A DNA stretch of 51,892 nt from NCBI RefSeq assembly GCF_004010195.1, contig NC_057760.1, positions 3,390,331-3,442,222 of the forward strand, given 5' to 3'. The notes below the pieces were generated by a model. The model made no database searches, was not told the origin of the DNA, and saw nothing but the letters and a program-made list of their open reading frames with translations. The position numbers were made by a program, and so were the translations under genes. Source of the DNA: Chiloscyllium plagiosum. Lineage: Eukaryota. Shown piece by piece: positions 1 to 12,568 of this stretch (the stretch's first letter is position 1; each line of letters opens with the position of its first letter).

Positions 1-285
1 TGGTGGGAGATGTTAGGGGGGTAATGGGACATTGTTGAGCAATGTTAGGGGAGTGATGGGACATTGGGGAGTGATGTTAGGGGAGTGATGGGACGTTGAG
101 CGATGGGAGGTTGGTGAGCAGCGAAGGGGAGTTGGGGAGCGATAGGAGGTTGGTGAGCGATTTGATGGGAAGTTGGGGAGCGATGCTAGCGGAGCGATGG
201 GTGGTTGGTGAGAGATGTTGGGGAGCGATGGGAGGTTGGTGAGAGATGTTGGGGAGCGATGGGAGGTTGGGGAGCAATAGGGATG
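1..285. repeat. Degenerate G-rich minisatellite (gttggggagcgatgggag-like units), intronic in RNF115
   Basis: Repeated tgttggggagcgatgggag / gttggtgag motifs. Confidence 0.7.
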
Positions 286-501
286 GAAGAGAAAAGTGAT
301 ACTCTGTGCCAGGACTGGACAAGTCTGTGTCATGTACAGATGTGTGGACCATTTACCAAAATGGAGCGCTTCACATGGGGATGGATGTAACATGTAATTC
401 AGGGAGGTGATGATGGGGAACTGTAAATCTTTGCACAGCAAGGAATGAAGTGAAGGTTTTCCTTGTGTGTTAATATAAATCTCTGACTTACATTGCTGTA
501 G

Positions 502-617
502 ATTCCGGTTTAGAATGTCCAGTTTGTAAAGAGGATTATCTTCTTGAGGAACAGGTTCGACAACTTCCCTGTAACCACTTCTTCCACAGCGACTGCATCG
601 TACCCTGGTTAGAACTG
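502..617 (+). CDS. RNF115: RNF115 (BCA2/Rabring7) RING-H2 E3 ligase, penultimate coding exon
   Basis: Acceptor ctgtag|, donor |gtgag. Translates (D)[48 protein letters not shown] and WLEL fit RNF115 rather than RNF126 (recalled sequences). Confidence 0.93.
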
Positions 618-1057
618 GTGAGCTATCCTGCACAGCAATCTTTTCACTGAAATGTTACACATGTTTGCTCTCCTCCTCTGCAGTCCATTCTCCAAGTTCA
701 ACTTGTGTTTGTGAAGGAATGGGACTTGTGGAGTAGTCAGAAAGACTGACTGGGGAATCTCTCTCCTCACTTCCCGGCTGGGAAGTTGTTTCCCTCTGGA
801 TTTCCAGGAAATCTGCCCATTCTCTTATCTGTAACTTGATTTGTTTTAAAGTTCTGACTGTTGGGTTGATTGCTTGAATCAAAGTGGTAACGTGTCCTGC
901 AAAAGTTTACTGAATCACGGCAGTCAAGTAAATTGTAATCCTCCGAGAGTCTGCATTAATACAAACTAGAGTGAAAGATGCATGATGCAGTTCACAACTG
1001 AAGCCATATTATTTTAGGATTTGCACTGTTTAATTCTCAAACACTACTGTGTTTCAG

Positions 1058-1189
1058 CATGATACCTGTCCTGTGTGTCGCAAGAGTTTGAATGGAGAGG
1101 TCACCATGGGTCACCGGCAAACCTCAGAGGAGTTATCTGGTAACTTGAGTAGCAGTGAAAACCGACAGCGAGACCCCTGGGCGTACTGA
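1058..1189 (+). CDS. RNF115: RNF115 last coding exon
   Basis: Acceptor gtttcag|, phase 0. HDTCPVCRKSLNGEVTMGHRQTSEELSGNLSSSENRQRDPWAY* completes the RING-H2; HDTCPVCRKSLNGE matches RNF115. Confidence 0.93.
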   Translation, partial: HDTCPVCRKSLNGEVTMGHRQTSEELSGNLSSSENRQRDPWAY

Positions 1190-2081
1190 AGGACTCTGCA
1201 GGAAGTACTTTGCACCCCAATCCCTGCATAACCTGATCAGTAATATTGTTACTTCTATTGTAAATGATATATATTAAAGAAACAAGTGGGCAGGTGCCAT
1301 GGTTGAGTGGCTGCTCCCAAACTGATGGCATTTACAGGGGCCTATCTTTCATTCTGTGAATTATGTGTTTAACAATGTGGCATTGATTCGCTTTTCAATG
1401 GTTGCACAAAGATCATAGTTTTACGCTCAGTTTGTTCGAACTTTGCTCTATTTCGAAGACCATGGGAAGTTGATTTTAATTTCACCGGGTGAGAAATGCC
1501 ACTTTTCAGAGCTCGCCAGGTGTATTTGTGTTTTGCAGTGAGAGGGAAGTTGTGAATCTCTTGGAAGTAAATCCTGCAGGAAAGCCTCGATTTAACAGTG
1601 AGGTGGGGTGTGGGTTTTACTCAATCTGAAACGTGACAGTGACAAGACAGAAAAAGACACAAAAAGGAACTAATAACCCCTCCCCGAGCCATTGTGCTAC
1701 ATATGAACTGATTGTCAACCTTATACTCAAACTTCTTAACCCTATAATAGATGTTTGAAAATATTGCTGTCTATTCCAATGTAGCTTTCTAATCAAATGG
1801 CCACCAGGCCGTATCTGTTTGGATGCTGTCTGTTGCCCCTTCCCCCAGTTTTCTGTCTCTGTCTGTCCTCCAGGTCCACAAGTGCTCCCCACCCTCAATG
1901 TCTTGTGAAGTAGTTATTCATCAGTGGTGAACCAAGGGCACGTACGTGAGCAGATTGTTCAGCTGTAGGCTGCTTCATCAATAATTTTTCCATTCGCATT
2001 GTGCACTTGCCAGCAGAGGCAGGGACTCTGCTTCCCTCCCTGCCCCCAGCCTTTACCAGTTAACATTAGTCAGAGGGCAAT

Positions 2082-2172
2082 GGGTCAGGATGGGTTACTC
2101 TTCAGAGGGTCGGTGTGGACTTGTTGGGCCGAAGGGTCTGTTTCCACACTGTAAAAATCGAATCTAATCTTA
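2082..2172 (+). mobile_element. 3' fragment of HE1-type SINE in probable RNF115 3'UTR
   Basis: gggtcggtgtggacttgttgggccgaaggg..tgtttccacactgtaaa..aatctaatct is the same as the SINE tail at ~38970-39039. Confidence 0.75.
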
Positions 2173-4335
2173 ACCAGTGAGTTTTCACAGACTGACAGGA
2201 ATGGGTTATCTTGTGCCTGATTTGGATGTTGCAGGCGCATGGTTCCAGTACTGATCTACACATTCAACCCCCAAATCTAAGATTGCCCTTTCAGTTTTCA
2301 ATATAAATACTGATATAGTTTTAGGGTAATACCCTTAGTGCAGGTGGAAGGGATTACTCTCTAAATCCTCAGACCTCCTTGAGCCAGTTCTTAAAATCTC
2401 CTTACCCTTATGAGCCAATCAGAGATTGATTTTAAGAGCTATCTCCTGAAGGATGGCCTGTCAGCGGCCAGGTCAGATCACTGGTTTCTCTCTTTTACCC
2501 TCCAGCTCTCATAAATACCTTGTGTTTGCAACGAGGTGTCTGGCCACTTTAAGCAGCCCTACCTCCAGCTCTTCCCTGTACAATCCAAGGTAATTTACCA
2601 TTTATTAGAAGGTGTCTTTGAGCAGAAAGGATGGGAGCTCCTAGGAAAGGAAATCAGTGGGATTCAGAAGCATAGGAGTCAGTGCAGGGACAGTATGTTT
2701 CCTCTTGCCCCCTCCCAGGCTGGCAGCCGCTGACTGACTGACCTAGTTACTGCTTTCCTCTGTTCCCTTTCTGCATCCCCAAGTGGGTACTAATATTATA
2801 GCATAGTCAAAGAAGAGAAACAATTGGGAATCGGAGAGCAGAGCTCTCTAAATTCATGACCTCTTCCTTCCTTCCTCCATCTCAACATGCACTGGAGGAA
2901 CAGGTCTTCTGATACCTGGCCACTCTCTCAGCTTTTCAGTTCAAGATTGAGTGTCAGCAGGAGATCAAACCTCATCAGCTTGATGGTTGTCATGAATTCG
3001 ATTTGGCAAGTTTTCATATTTCTCCACAAAACATTCGTTTATACCATGCAGGATGTGACTGAGGAACTGAGGGTTAAACAAACCTTGGATTAACAGCGTA
3101 GCCCATAAATCCCAAGGAGCAGGAAGTCTTCAGCTTTTGCCACTCCTGCTGGTATTTGTGAAGGAGAATTCCACTTTTCATTTTCTTCAAGCTTCAGGGT
3201 CATGCAGAATGTATGTTGGCTTACAGCAAAGAGGGCAGCAGCATTAATGACAGGGTCTTAAAGTAATACAGTATTGAGAGGGAGGAAGAGAGAGATCACA
3301 GCCTCAATGATACACAGATAGTTGACATTGGATGGTATTAGGTTTTGAGCTGTGAGTGAGTGAATGTGGAAGGAAGCGAAGGTTGGGGAATAATGACATG
3401 GCACCACAGTGTTAAACATCACTGGCCAATTTCAATGATTTTTTTTGTCATGTTAAAATGTCAAACACAACAAAGTTGGCTGTAACTTGGATGGGTTTGT
3501 AAATGGTGATGCATGAAGTTTAGTTAGTCTTGGTAGTGTGATCCACTCTGAGCAGTGACCAATCTGTGACCGAGCACAGCAGTATAATCCAAGAGCCACT
3601 GAATTGATCACTGGTTTTTATTCTGATTTTTATTTGTACAATGCAAGGTATTGGCTTTAATGGTGTTAAAATGATTCACAGTTTAAATTCTGATCTGGGA
3701 CATGGGTCTGAGGAGTGATCTGCAGTTGCACTGTTCCACCATCCAGCCATGAGGGGAGTGGTACACTTCTGGTTACTCTGAGGGTAGAGAGCTATCACTG
3801 AAGCACTGACTGCACAGGCCGGGTCTAACAAAAGGCATTAATGTTATCACCCATGCTCCAGCCCTAAACCTGCAGCATGGTTTGGAAAGAAGCTGAGTAC
3901 AATATGAACCTTCAATATGTGCACAGATTCTTTCAGGCCAGAAGAGGCCAATTTGCCTGTCAAACCTCTGCCAGCTCTTCTGAAGAGCTGCTTCAGTTAA
4001 TTGCATGTGCCAGCTTAGTTTTGCAGATCTAGTTCCTGTCTAAAATTCACCCAAACAAGTATGGCTGTGTCCCTGGCTTTGACTCCAACTCCAAGTGCCA
4101 GCAAACTATTATAGCAGACAGGAACAAATTTGCTTCCTTATCCTGGCGCATCTGGGAACAGTGTTTGCTGTGTTACTGCCTTCATTCAGGTTTACTTAGC
4201 TTTCTTAGAGCTTGCCTTTCATGTTCACTATACTATCCCCACCCAAGGTATTGTATGAATGTATTAGTTGGTGATGCAGTTCAAAATGAAACAGGAGCCA
4301 AAACTCTGCATTAAGAACTACTGTCAAACACTTGA

Positions 4336-4464
4336 AATAAAATTAATTCAGAATGGAATAGTGCTGCTCATTGGCAGACAGTCATCTGGTATTGCATTCT
4401 GTTTTTTTGTAGTTGTAAATGTTTAATCTGTTATTGGTTTAAAAGTTTTTATTTTGTAAATAAA
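4336..4464 (+). terminator. Candidate RNF115 polyadenylation signals (AATAAA at 4336-4341 and 4459-4464)
   Basis: Two AATAAA hexamers in a U-rich context at the end of a repeat-poor 3.2-kb stretch after the stop codon. Confidence 0.55.
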
Positions 4465-4539
4465 CCAAAAAAAAAGTTGTTGAGAGATGGTTTCCACTTG
4501 GTCCGGCCTGTCTGCAAATTGTACCTTCTGCAGCTTTTG

Positions 4540-4690
4540 GATAATAAGCTGCATAGCAAGAAGGTCCCAGGTTTCAGCTTGACCTGTGATGAGTTAGCAG
4601 ATCCCAGCCAAGCCAGTAGTTCTTACTGGCCTCAGTACCCCTGTGGTCAAGTAAGGGACAACTGGTTAGGGTTTCTGTATCTGCTCACCT
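4540..4690 (+). mobile_element. Possible ancient SINE-like remnant
   Basis: gaaggtcccaggttt..tgagttagcagatcccagcc..ggcctcagtacccctg resembles an old tRNA-derived vertebrate SINE. Family not identified. Confidence 0.3.
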
Positions 4691-4794
4691 TCCAAGTCAC
4701 TTGCTCGCTCTCGTACATCACCTCACATTCCCTCTCAGTGGTGGTGAGTAGCCATGTTGAACAACCGAAGTTGTGACTGTGCTCCTAGGTGCTT

Positions 4795-5504
4795 TTAGCA
4801 ACGGTGTTCCAGGATTTAGACCTAACAATAAACGAAACAGCAGGTAGACGTCAAAGTCACAGCTGTATGTGTTTTGAAGGCACTGTGTTTTTTATATCTC
4901 TTGTCTTTATCTGGATTGTGGAGACAGCAGGTTTGAATGTTATTACATCCTGTAATCAGTCTGGGAAACAATACAAGGCGCAAAGGGAGGCAATTTTGAA
5001 GGAGGTGGATGTGGTGCCGATCAAGCAACTGCTTTGTCCTGGATGGTGTCCAGCTTCTTGAGTGTTGTTGGAGCTGCCCCCATCCAGGGCAAGTGGGAGT
5101 ATTCCATCACCCTCCTGACTTGCACTTGGTGGACAGGCTTTGGGAGTCAGGCGGTGAATGACTCACCGTACTTTCCCAGCCAACTTCTGGTTAATTGTGA
5201 TGCCTGAAATATTGATGGTGAGGAATTTTGTAGTAACAATGTTGAATGTCAAGAAGCAGTGGTTGCATCCTCTCTGTTTAGTGATGGTCATTGTCCTGTC
5301 ACTTGTGTGGCATAGATGTTATTTGTCACGTGTCAGCCCAAACCCAGATATTGTCCAGATCTTGTTGTATTTGAATGGAGACTGCTTCAGTACCTGAGGA
5401 GTCGTGAATAGTGCTGAACATAATGCAATCCTTCAACATCCCCACTTCTGACCTTATGTTGGAAGGGAGGTCATTGATGAAGCAGCTGAAGATAGCTGGG
5501 ACGT
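4795..5504 (-). mobile_element. CR1-clade LINE fragment, resuming at ~6132-6250 after the SINE array
   Basis: Minus ORF IFSCFINDLPSNIRSEVGM...IQQDLDNIWVWAD is RT-like. The same family recurs at 28205-28725, 46035-46365 and 48655-48980. Confidence 0.75.
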
Positions 5505-6140
5505 TACTCTGAGGAACTGGGGTCTCTTCTGGCACTGTTGCAGTGTCCCTACCTCTAAGCCAGGAGATTCAGGTTCAAGTCCCACTTACTCTAGAGCTGT
5601 GCAATAACATCTCTGAACAGTTTGATTAGGAAAATATCTACTCCAAGGAACTGAAGGCTGTTGTGGCAAGTCGCAGTGACCCTATCTCTGAGCCAGTCAG
5701 GTTGAGCAAGATGATGGTCCCTACTTCAGTGCCAAAAGATCAGGGTTCATGTCTCATGTCCTCCTCAGGATATGTAATAATGTCTCTGAGCAGATTGATT
5801 TGAAAATTCCTACTCTGAGGAACTGAGTGCTCTTGTAGCACTGTGGTAGTATCTCTGTTGCAGAATCAGGAGGCCTGGCTTTCAGTTCTGCACGCTCCAG
5901 AGCTGTATCATAACATCTCTGAACTGCTTGATTTGAACACAGAAAATGCCACATGGTAGGTACTGTCTGGGGGCTGGTCGAGCTCCACTCTGATAGAAAC
6001 AAACACCTGCAGGAACTGGAGGGCTCTTGTGCACTGGTAGTGGCCTTATCTCTGAGCCAGAAGGTCTGGGTTCAAGTCCCACCTGCTCCAGAGCTGTGTA
6101 ATAACACCTCTGAAAAGGTTAGTTAGGAACGTGAGGAATT
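5505..6140 (+). mobile_element. Tandem array of ~4 short tRNA-derived SINE units
   Basis: Units show A-box-like TGGCACTGTTG/TAGCACTGTGG and B-box GGTTCAAGTCC, share the tail ccagagctgtg.aataacatctctgaaca..tgatt, and are separated by tactctgaggaact-like motifs. Confidence 0.7.
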
Positions 6141-6559
6141 CCTGCAGACAGTCCCAGAGTTGAGATGACTGAACTCCAACAGCCAAAATCTGAGTGTTAC
6201 AACTGATTGGATAGTGATCCACTTTGTGCCATTTCCCCACCTTTGCCCAGTATTCCTGCGCGTGGGTCTATTTTAGGATAACTGTGTAATTACCTTTTTA
6301 ATGCTACAGCTGAGCCTGCCTCACTTTAATTAATGACAGTCTCTCGATTACCTCATACTCACCAATTTTAAACCCATCAAGTTTTTTATGCTGCATTGTG
6401 TAACAACTACCTCCTTCATAAAGACAAACAGAGTATCTTTGTTCATCTTCCTTTGTGCTAGGTCTGACTCTAGAAAGGATAGAGGCAGTGAGGGAGAAGG
6501 GGGTATGGATAGCAGGAGTTAGGGAAAGGACAGAGAGGGAGAGAGAGGGGTATGCATAG

Positions 6560-7315
6560 CGAGAGGTAGTTCACTTTGGAAGAAATAACAGAAATGCAGA
6601 GTACTGGGCTCATGGTAAAATTCTTGGCAGTGCAGATGAACAGAGAGATCTCAGTGTCCAGGTGCATAAATCACTGAAAGTTGCCATCCAGGTTGATAGA
6701 ATTGTTAAGGCGGCATATGGTGTGTTGCCATTTATTGGTAGGGGGCTTGAGTTTCAGAGCCACGAGGTCATGCTTCAGCTGTACAAGACACTGATTAAGG
6801 CCATACCTGGAGTATTACGTACAGTTCTGGTCACTGGCTTATAGGGAGGATGTGGAAGGTTGGGAAGGATTCAGAGGAGATATACTCGGATGTTGCCTGG
6901 TACGGGAGGAATGTCTTACAAGGAAAGGCTGAGGGAAGTGAGGCTGTTTTCGTTGGAGAGAAGAAGGTTGGGAGGTAACTTAATCGAGACGCATAAGATA
7001 ATCAGAGGGTAGGATAGGGTGGACAGTGAGAGCCATTTTCCTCACATGGTGAAGGGTAACACGAAGGGACATAGCTTTAAATTAAGGGGTGATAGATTTA
7101 GGGCAGATATCAGAGGTAGTTTCTTTACTCAGGGTGGTAGGGGCATGGAACGGCCTGCCTGCAACACTCGCTGACATTAAGGGCATTTAAATGGGCATTG
7201 GACATGCATATGGATAATAATGTACGGTGTAGGTTTGATGGGTATCAGTTTATTTTCACAGGTTGGCGCAACATCGAAGGCCGAAGGGCCTGTACTGTGC
7301 TATAACATTTTTATG
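6560..7315 (+). mobile_element. CR1 LINE 3' end
   Basis: ORF2 C-terminal motifs (RDLSVQVHKSLKVAIQVDRIVKAAYG, VMLQLYKTLI) and terminal ggccgaagggcctgtactgtgc. Confidence 0.9.
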
Positions 7316-7411
7316 AAAGGGATATGGATAGCAGGAGTGAGGGGGAAGAGAGGTGGGGCAGGGGTTGGATAGCAGGAGTGAGAGAAAGGCCAGAGGTAGA
7401 GAGGAGGAGGA

Positions 7412-7975
7412 ATGCTTGCCTTCACTGCTCAGACCTTTTGTGTTGAGGTTGTACGGGATGTTGGTGAGGCATCTTTTTGATACCTGTGTCCAGTTCTGGT
7501 CGCCCTGTAATAGGAAGGGTATTATTAAACTGGATTTATCAGGACATTGCCAGGTTTGAGTTATAAAGCTAGAATGGAACTTATTTCACTGGAGCGTAGG
7601 AGGTTTAAGGGTGACCTTACAAGTTTTTAAAATCATGGTGGGCATAGACAAAGGTGTTTAGCAAAGGTATTTTCCCTGGAATGGGGGAGTTCAAAACTAT
7701 GGGGCATATTTAACATTACAGGTGAAAGATTTAAAAAAGGCGAGGGCAACTTCTTTACACACGAACTGTGTGTAAAGTGAACTGCCAGAAGAAGTGGTGG
7801 ATGCAGGTACAGTTGCAACATTTAAAAGACATTTAGATAAGTTCATGAGTAGGAAAGGTTTTGATGGGTATGGGCCAGGTTCAGGCAGGTGGGACTGGTT
7901 TGGTTTGGAAACACGGTTGGTGTAAGCTGGACCAAAGGGTCTGTTTCCATGCTGTTTATCTATATGATTCTATAA
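7412..7975 (+). mobile_element. Degenerate CR1 (HER1-like) LINE 3' end
   Basis: LRLYGMLVRHLFDTCVQFWSP and terminal ggaccaaagggtctgtttccatgctgt. Confidence 0.85.
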
Positions 7976-9057
7976 ATAAAAAAGGGACAAGTTAGGCAAC
8001 TTGATCTGCAGGATGACATTTCCACCATGGTCACAAAACCCATCATCTCCTTAACAGCATCGAGTGTGGCAACACCAAATGGAGGGCTGCAGTTCAAGAA
8101 GGTAAGTCACCACCAACGCCGTCACCTTTTCAAGGGCAGCTAGAGTTAGGTGATAAATATTGGCCTAGCCAGGTGCACCCACATTTCAGCAACAGCCCCA
8201 TCTCACGAACGAACAGAAGCTGGGAATAAGTTGGGACCTGGAACATCATGTCACCCCCAGAAACCATTGGATACCCCACACACGACCAACCCTTCCAAAA
8301 ATCTCCGGAATACAGCTTTCTCAGGTCATGGATAAAATGGGGTTGAATATAAATTAGAGCTTCCTCTACCTGTCCCGATGAAACACTCACAGAACAGGCC
8401 CAACACAGGAGTTTGATACAAAGTGTACCTTGTAAAACTCTCTCAACACTCTCCTTGATTTGTGTTTGAAGTATTTGTTGCTTGTGATAGATCATTTGGC
8501 ACTATTGGGCTGGAATAACACAAGTAACATCCATTCTTCCAAACGGATCCATTACTGACCTGAACAAGCAGGTTACTTTGCACTTGTTGTTTTGTGTTCT
8601 CATTTTCCTTGCTGCCTGGCCAGCACTTAACTGTGTTAGTGTGGCTCCAGTAAAGCTCCCTGCTTCCAAACTTGTCACGTTTCCCACCCTGTCTGAGTGG
8701 TTCATCGCAAAAAGGGATGATCCAGTTGAAGGAATGTACTGTCACACCTCTGAAAGGTGCCATCCTCTCAACATACAATAAGGAGAGTCAAAACATAAGT
8801 ACACATTGGTGCAGGTAAAATGCCCTTTATACAGAAATGCAATGAATGTCTCTCTTCACTGCTTGTCACCCACAATTCCCAGCATTTGTCAGTTAGCAGT
8901 GACTGGTCAGTACAGACGTCTGGTCAATGTGGCTCAACTAACAGCCAGGAGTGGGGCTATCACGCTGCCCATTCCTTAATCTGAAATGCTGCTGAATGGA
9001 AAAGGACCAACTTCAGAATTTGTATCGACAACAAGACAACAAAAACTAGAAATATGG

Positions 9058-9079
9058 TTTATTTTAGTATATGTTTATT
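9058..9079 (-). terminator. Candidate ITGA10 polyadenylation signals
   Basis: tttatt at 9058-9063 and 9074-9079 reads AATAAA on minus, ~1 kb after the ITGA10 stop. Confidence 0.5.
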
Positions 9080-10060
9080 TTCAAAAAAAAACCCAAAGCT
9101 TTAAATAAAGTGCATGTAAATATTTGTTCTTTAGGCCACGAGTGAGTTTGGTGTCAGTGAGAAGTTGGAATCAGAGAGGGGCACTCAGCATGGTCAGGCT
9201 ACCTCAATGTACAGCCCCTTCCCTCAGCGTTCATGTGGTTTCAGATCAAGATGAGAAAAGATTTTTGGCACATGCCAATGTGGTAAAGCAATCCGAGTGA
9301 TACCATCTGTTGTGATCTAGGTCTGTGTTCAAACCCAAACTCAACTGCTAGATATCTGACCACACACTGTTGTCTCAGCTCATGTAAGTCTGTGTTTCAG
9401 ATTTGTAAATGCATGGGGCTATTGAGAAACAAATAGCTCCACCATGTGGGTGGGAGCTGGATGTGATCACTGGTCCCAGCACTCCCTGGTCCTTTGATGG
9501 TTTACTACATGGACTGTGGTGGGGGGGGGGGGGGAAGAATAGAGTCAAATCAATGTAAATGTATGTTTTGGGTTACTCGGTCCACACTAGTGTCAGGGAA
9601 CCTGCTCGCTGGTAGTTACATTTGCTCATTCCTTGATATGTTTGAACTTTGACTCCCTTTGTGCACGTAAGGCATCATTTCCAGCATGCGCTTCTTGTGA
9701 CAAGAGGATGCATGTAGCATTGGGGTGGGGTTAGTGGGCTTGGACTGAGCGAAGGAGGCTGGGTTGACATTAGAAAGGAACAGTCTTTGTATAATGCAGT
9801 AATATCCACCATAAAGATTGTGTCTAGTTCATCACAATCTCTGTAACAAATCCTGGAACCCCCTGCCCACCACCCCCATACCCCAGCCTAGTCCCAAGAG
9901 TTTTAGACAAGGTGACATAGCCTCTTTGAGGGTCATTTGCAAACTGAAAGAAGCTTCAAGGAAGTGCACAGCGGTGAGACCGTGTGTGAGGGACTGTGTA
10001 GATGTGTCCGCGATTCCTGACGCCGAGTGTACAGGATGTTGGACTTCAGCACCCTCAGCC

Positions 10061-10132
10061 TCACTCTTTCTTCTCATCCTCCTCCTTGTCCTCATCATCT
10101 TCCTCCTTTTGTTTTCTCTTAAAGAATCCACA
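10061..10132 (-). CDS. ITGA10: Integrin alpha-10 last coding exon (cytoplasmic tail)
   Basis: Acceptor ttccttacag|. CGFFKRKQKEEDDEDKEEDEKKE* contains the integrin-alpha GFFKR motif. Confidence 0.93.
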   Translation of the reverse strand, partial: CGFFKRKQKEEDDEDKEEDEKKE

Positions 10133-10914
10133 CTGTAAGGAAGAAAGTTTTCTTTTCAATACTGATGGAAGAAATACTTTTTCTGCTTTGGCCTTTTCAC
10201 TCCTCCCATTCCTTGATCTTGCAGATGGATGTCCCATCACCCCTTCAGAGACAGGGAAATTGATTCAGGCTAACACCAGCCCAGCCCACTGCCTTTTAAT
10301 CACATTACCCAAAAATAATGTATTAGCTGCATGAGCCTTTGATATGACTACATTTAATGGTATATGTCCAGCTCTGCCCCATCTCTCTGGTGTTCTCAAA
10401 ATTCTGCAGAGAGACTGAGAAGGTGATAGAACTGATGGACTGTTGATGTGTCACAGGATCTCGGACTGGTTACCAGGGGAGGTTGATATTTTATAAACAG
10501 TGATGGTTGGGCTGTTATTGAAATGGGACGTCTAAATAGGTTAAGTAAGAAATACTGAGTGCAAATGTTCCTGTCATTGAGAATGGAACCTAGCGAGTAG
10601 CTGAGAGACAGACACTTAGTCATTTTCAGAGTAAGTTGTGACTTAGCTGGTATGAGAAGGAATGATGAATGATTATAGATCCTGAGGATGGTGTGACTGC
10701 CTCAGAAAGCAGGAGAGAATTTATCCCACACTTTATGAATTGTATTTTGTAATGGTGGGGAGTGGCTCACTGTACGCAAAGGGCCTGTTCTTGTTTCATC
10801 ATGTTGGAAGGTCACATCAGCCGTCTCACAAAACCCACATTCTCTGCCCTCCTTTTAGAAGCATGTTTAATTGTCTCCTGAACCCAAGTGTATTCCAGCA
10901 TTCCCAATAACTGG

Positions 10915-12420
10915 ACCATAAGACTATAAGAGCTATGAACAGGAGGAGGCTGTTCAGACCCTCGAAACTTCTCTGCCATTCAATAGCACCATGGCTAATC
11001 TAAAATTCCTCATGTCCACTTTTCTGTCCTTTCCCCATAACCCTCGATTCCCGACTGATAAGAATCTATCTATCTCAGCCTTATATATCCACAAGGACTC
11101 TGCCCTGACAGATCTCTGTGGCAAGGAGCTCCAAAGACTCTCAACCCTCTGACAAAAGAAATTCCTCATCATCTCAGTCTTAAATTGGTGCTCCTATACT
11201 CTCTGGTCCTAGACTCTTCCATGAGGAAAAACATTCTTACAGCCTTTACCCTGTCGAACCCCTTAAAAATGTTTCAGTGAGGTCACCTCACATTCTTCAA
11301 AACTCCAATGAGTCCCAACCTGTTTAACCTTTGTTGATAACTCGATCCCTCCAGAACAGGGGTCATCCTAATGAACCTTCTCTCTGAATTGCCTCTAAAG
11401 CAATAATATCTTTCCTTAAACAAGGGGACCAAAGCAGTGCACAGTACTTCGGATGTGATCTCACCAGCACCTTATACAGTTACAGTAAGACTACCAGCTC
11501 TTATTCTCCAACCCCCTTGAAATAAGGGTCGGCATTCCATCAGCCCTTCCTGATTACCTGCTGTCCCTGTGTGTTAGCTTCCTGTGTTTTGTTGTAAGTA
11601 CTCCCAGGTCCCAGTGTGTTACAGCTTTCTGTAGGTTTTCTCTATTTAAATAATATTCTGTTCTTTCCTATCCTCTTCCAAAAGTGAAAACACATTTTCC
11701 AACATTATATTCCATTTGACAACTTTTTGCCCACTGACTTAACCTATCAATATCTCTCTGTAAACTGTATGTCTTGCACAATTTGTCTTTCCACCTGTAT
11801 TAGCGTTTTCTGTGAATTCGGGTACAGTACGTTAACTCCCTCCCTCTAAGCCATTACTGTGAACAGTTGCGTTCCCAGCAATGATCCCTGTGGAACCCCA
11901 CTGCTCACAGATCACCAACCTGAGAAGGAACCCTTTATCCCACTCACTGTTTCCTGCCCATGAGCCAGTTCTCTCTCCGTGTCAATATCCCAGCTCCAAT
12001 ACCGTGGGCTCTTTTGTGAAATACCTTGTTGAACATTTTCTGGAATTCCAAATACAACACAACTGGGTCCCCTCGGGTTGGACCTTCCTTGAATTAGTCA
12101 GAAATGAGTTTTGTTTCATGAAGCTGTTTCATGATTTTGTTTGATTAGATTATGGTTTCCCAAATATCTGCTATTGCTTCCAATAGTTTTCCAACAACAG
12201 ATATTAGGCTAACTGACCTACAGTTCATGGTTTTTGACTTCCTTCCCTTTTGAAGAGAAGTGTGACATTAGCAGTTTTCCAATCCTCTGGAAATTTTCCA
12301 GAATCCAGCAAATCACAACCAGTGCATCCACTATCTCTGCAGCTGTCTCTTTTAGTAGTTACAGAGATAGTGGATCCCAGGATGCAGGCCATCAGGGGTC
12401 TTTAGCCTCATTAGTTTGCC
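10915..12420 (-). mobile_element. CR1 LINE, 5'-truncated and degenerate
   Basis: Minus ORF MRNFFCQRVESLWSSLPQRSVRAESLWIYKAEIDRFL plus RT remnants; the 3' tail lies at ~10915. Confidence 0.85.
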
Positions 12421-12568
12421 TAATGGTACTTCTTCAGTGATAATGCTTAATTCGTCTCTTGTATTCTTTCGTATTAATGAACAAGTTGACCTTCATTCTC
12501 TTTCACTCCCTCATATTTTCGCATTGATGATGGGCTCTGAGTCTATGAACTACAGCAGAGACATCTAC

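Noticed and set aside
13..633. 206-aa minus-strand ORF
   Set aside because: Antisense to the RNF115 exon and running through a low-complexity repeat; no protein signal.
502..1189. RNF126 as the gene identity
   Set aside because: CKEDY, HFFHS, WLELHDTC and KSLNGE, plus linkage to ITGA10, fit RNF115 better.
5505..6140. tRNA gene cluster
   Set aside because: A/B boxes are present, but there is no consistent cloverleaf and every unit has a shared non-tRNA tail.
9832..10131. Basic ORF MDSLRENKRRKMM..., or an acidic POLR3G-like tail
   Set aside because: Off-frame reading of the ITGA10 terminal exon; the spliced frame gives CGFFKR.
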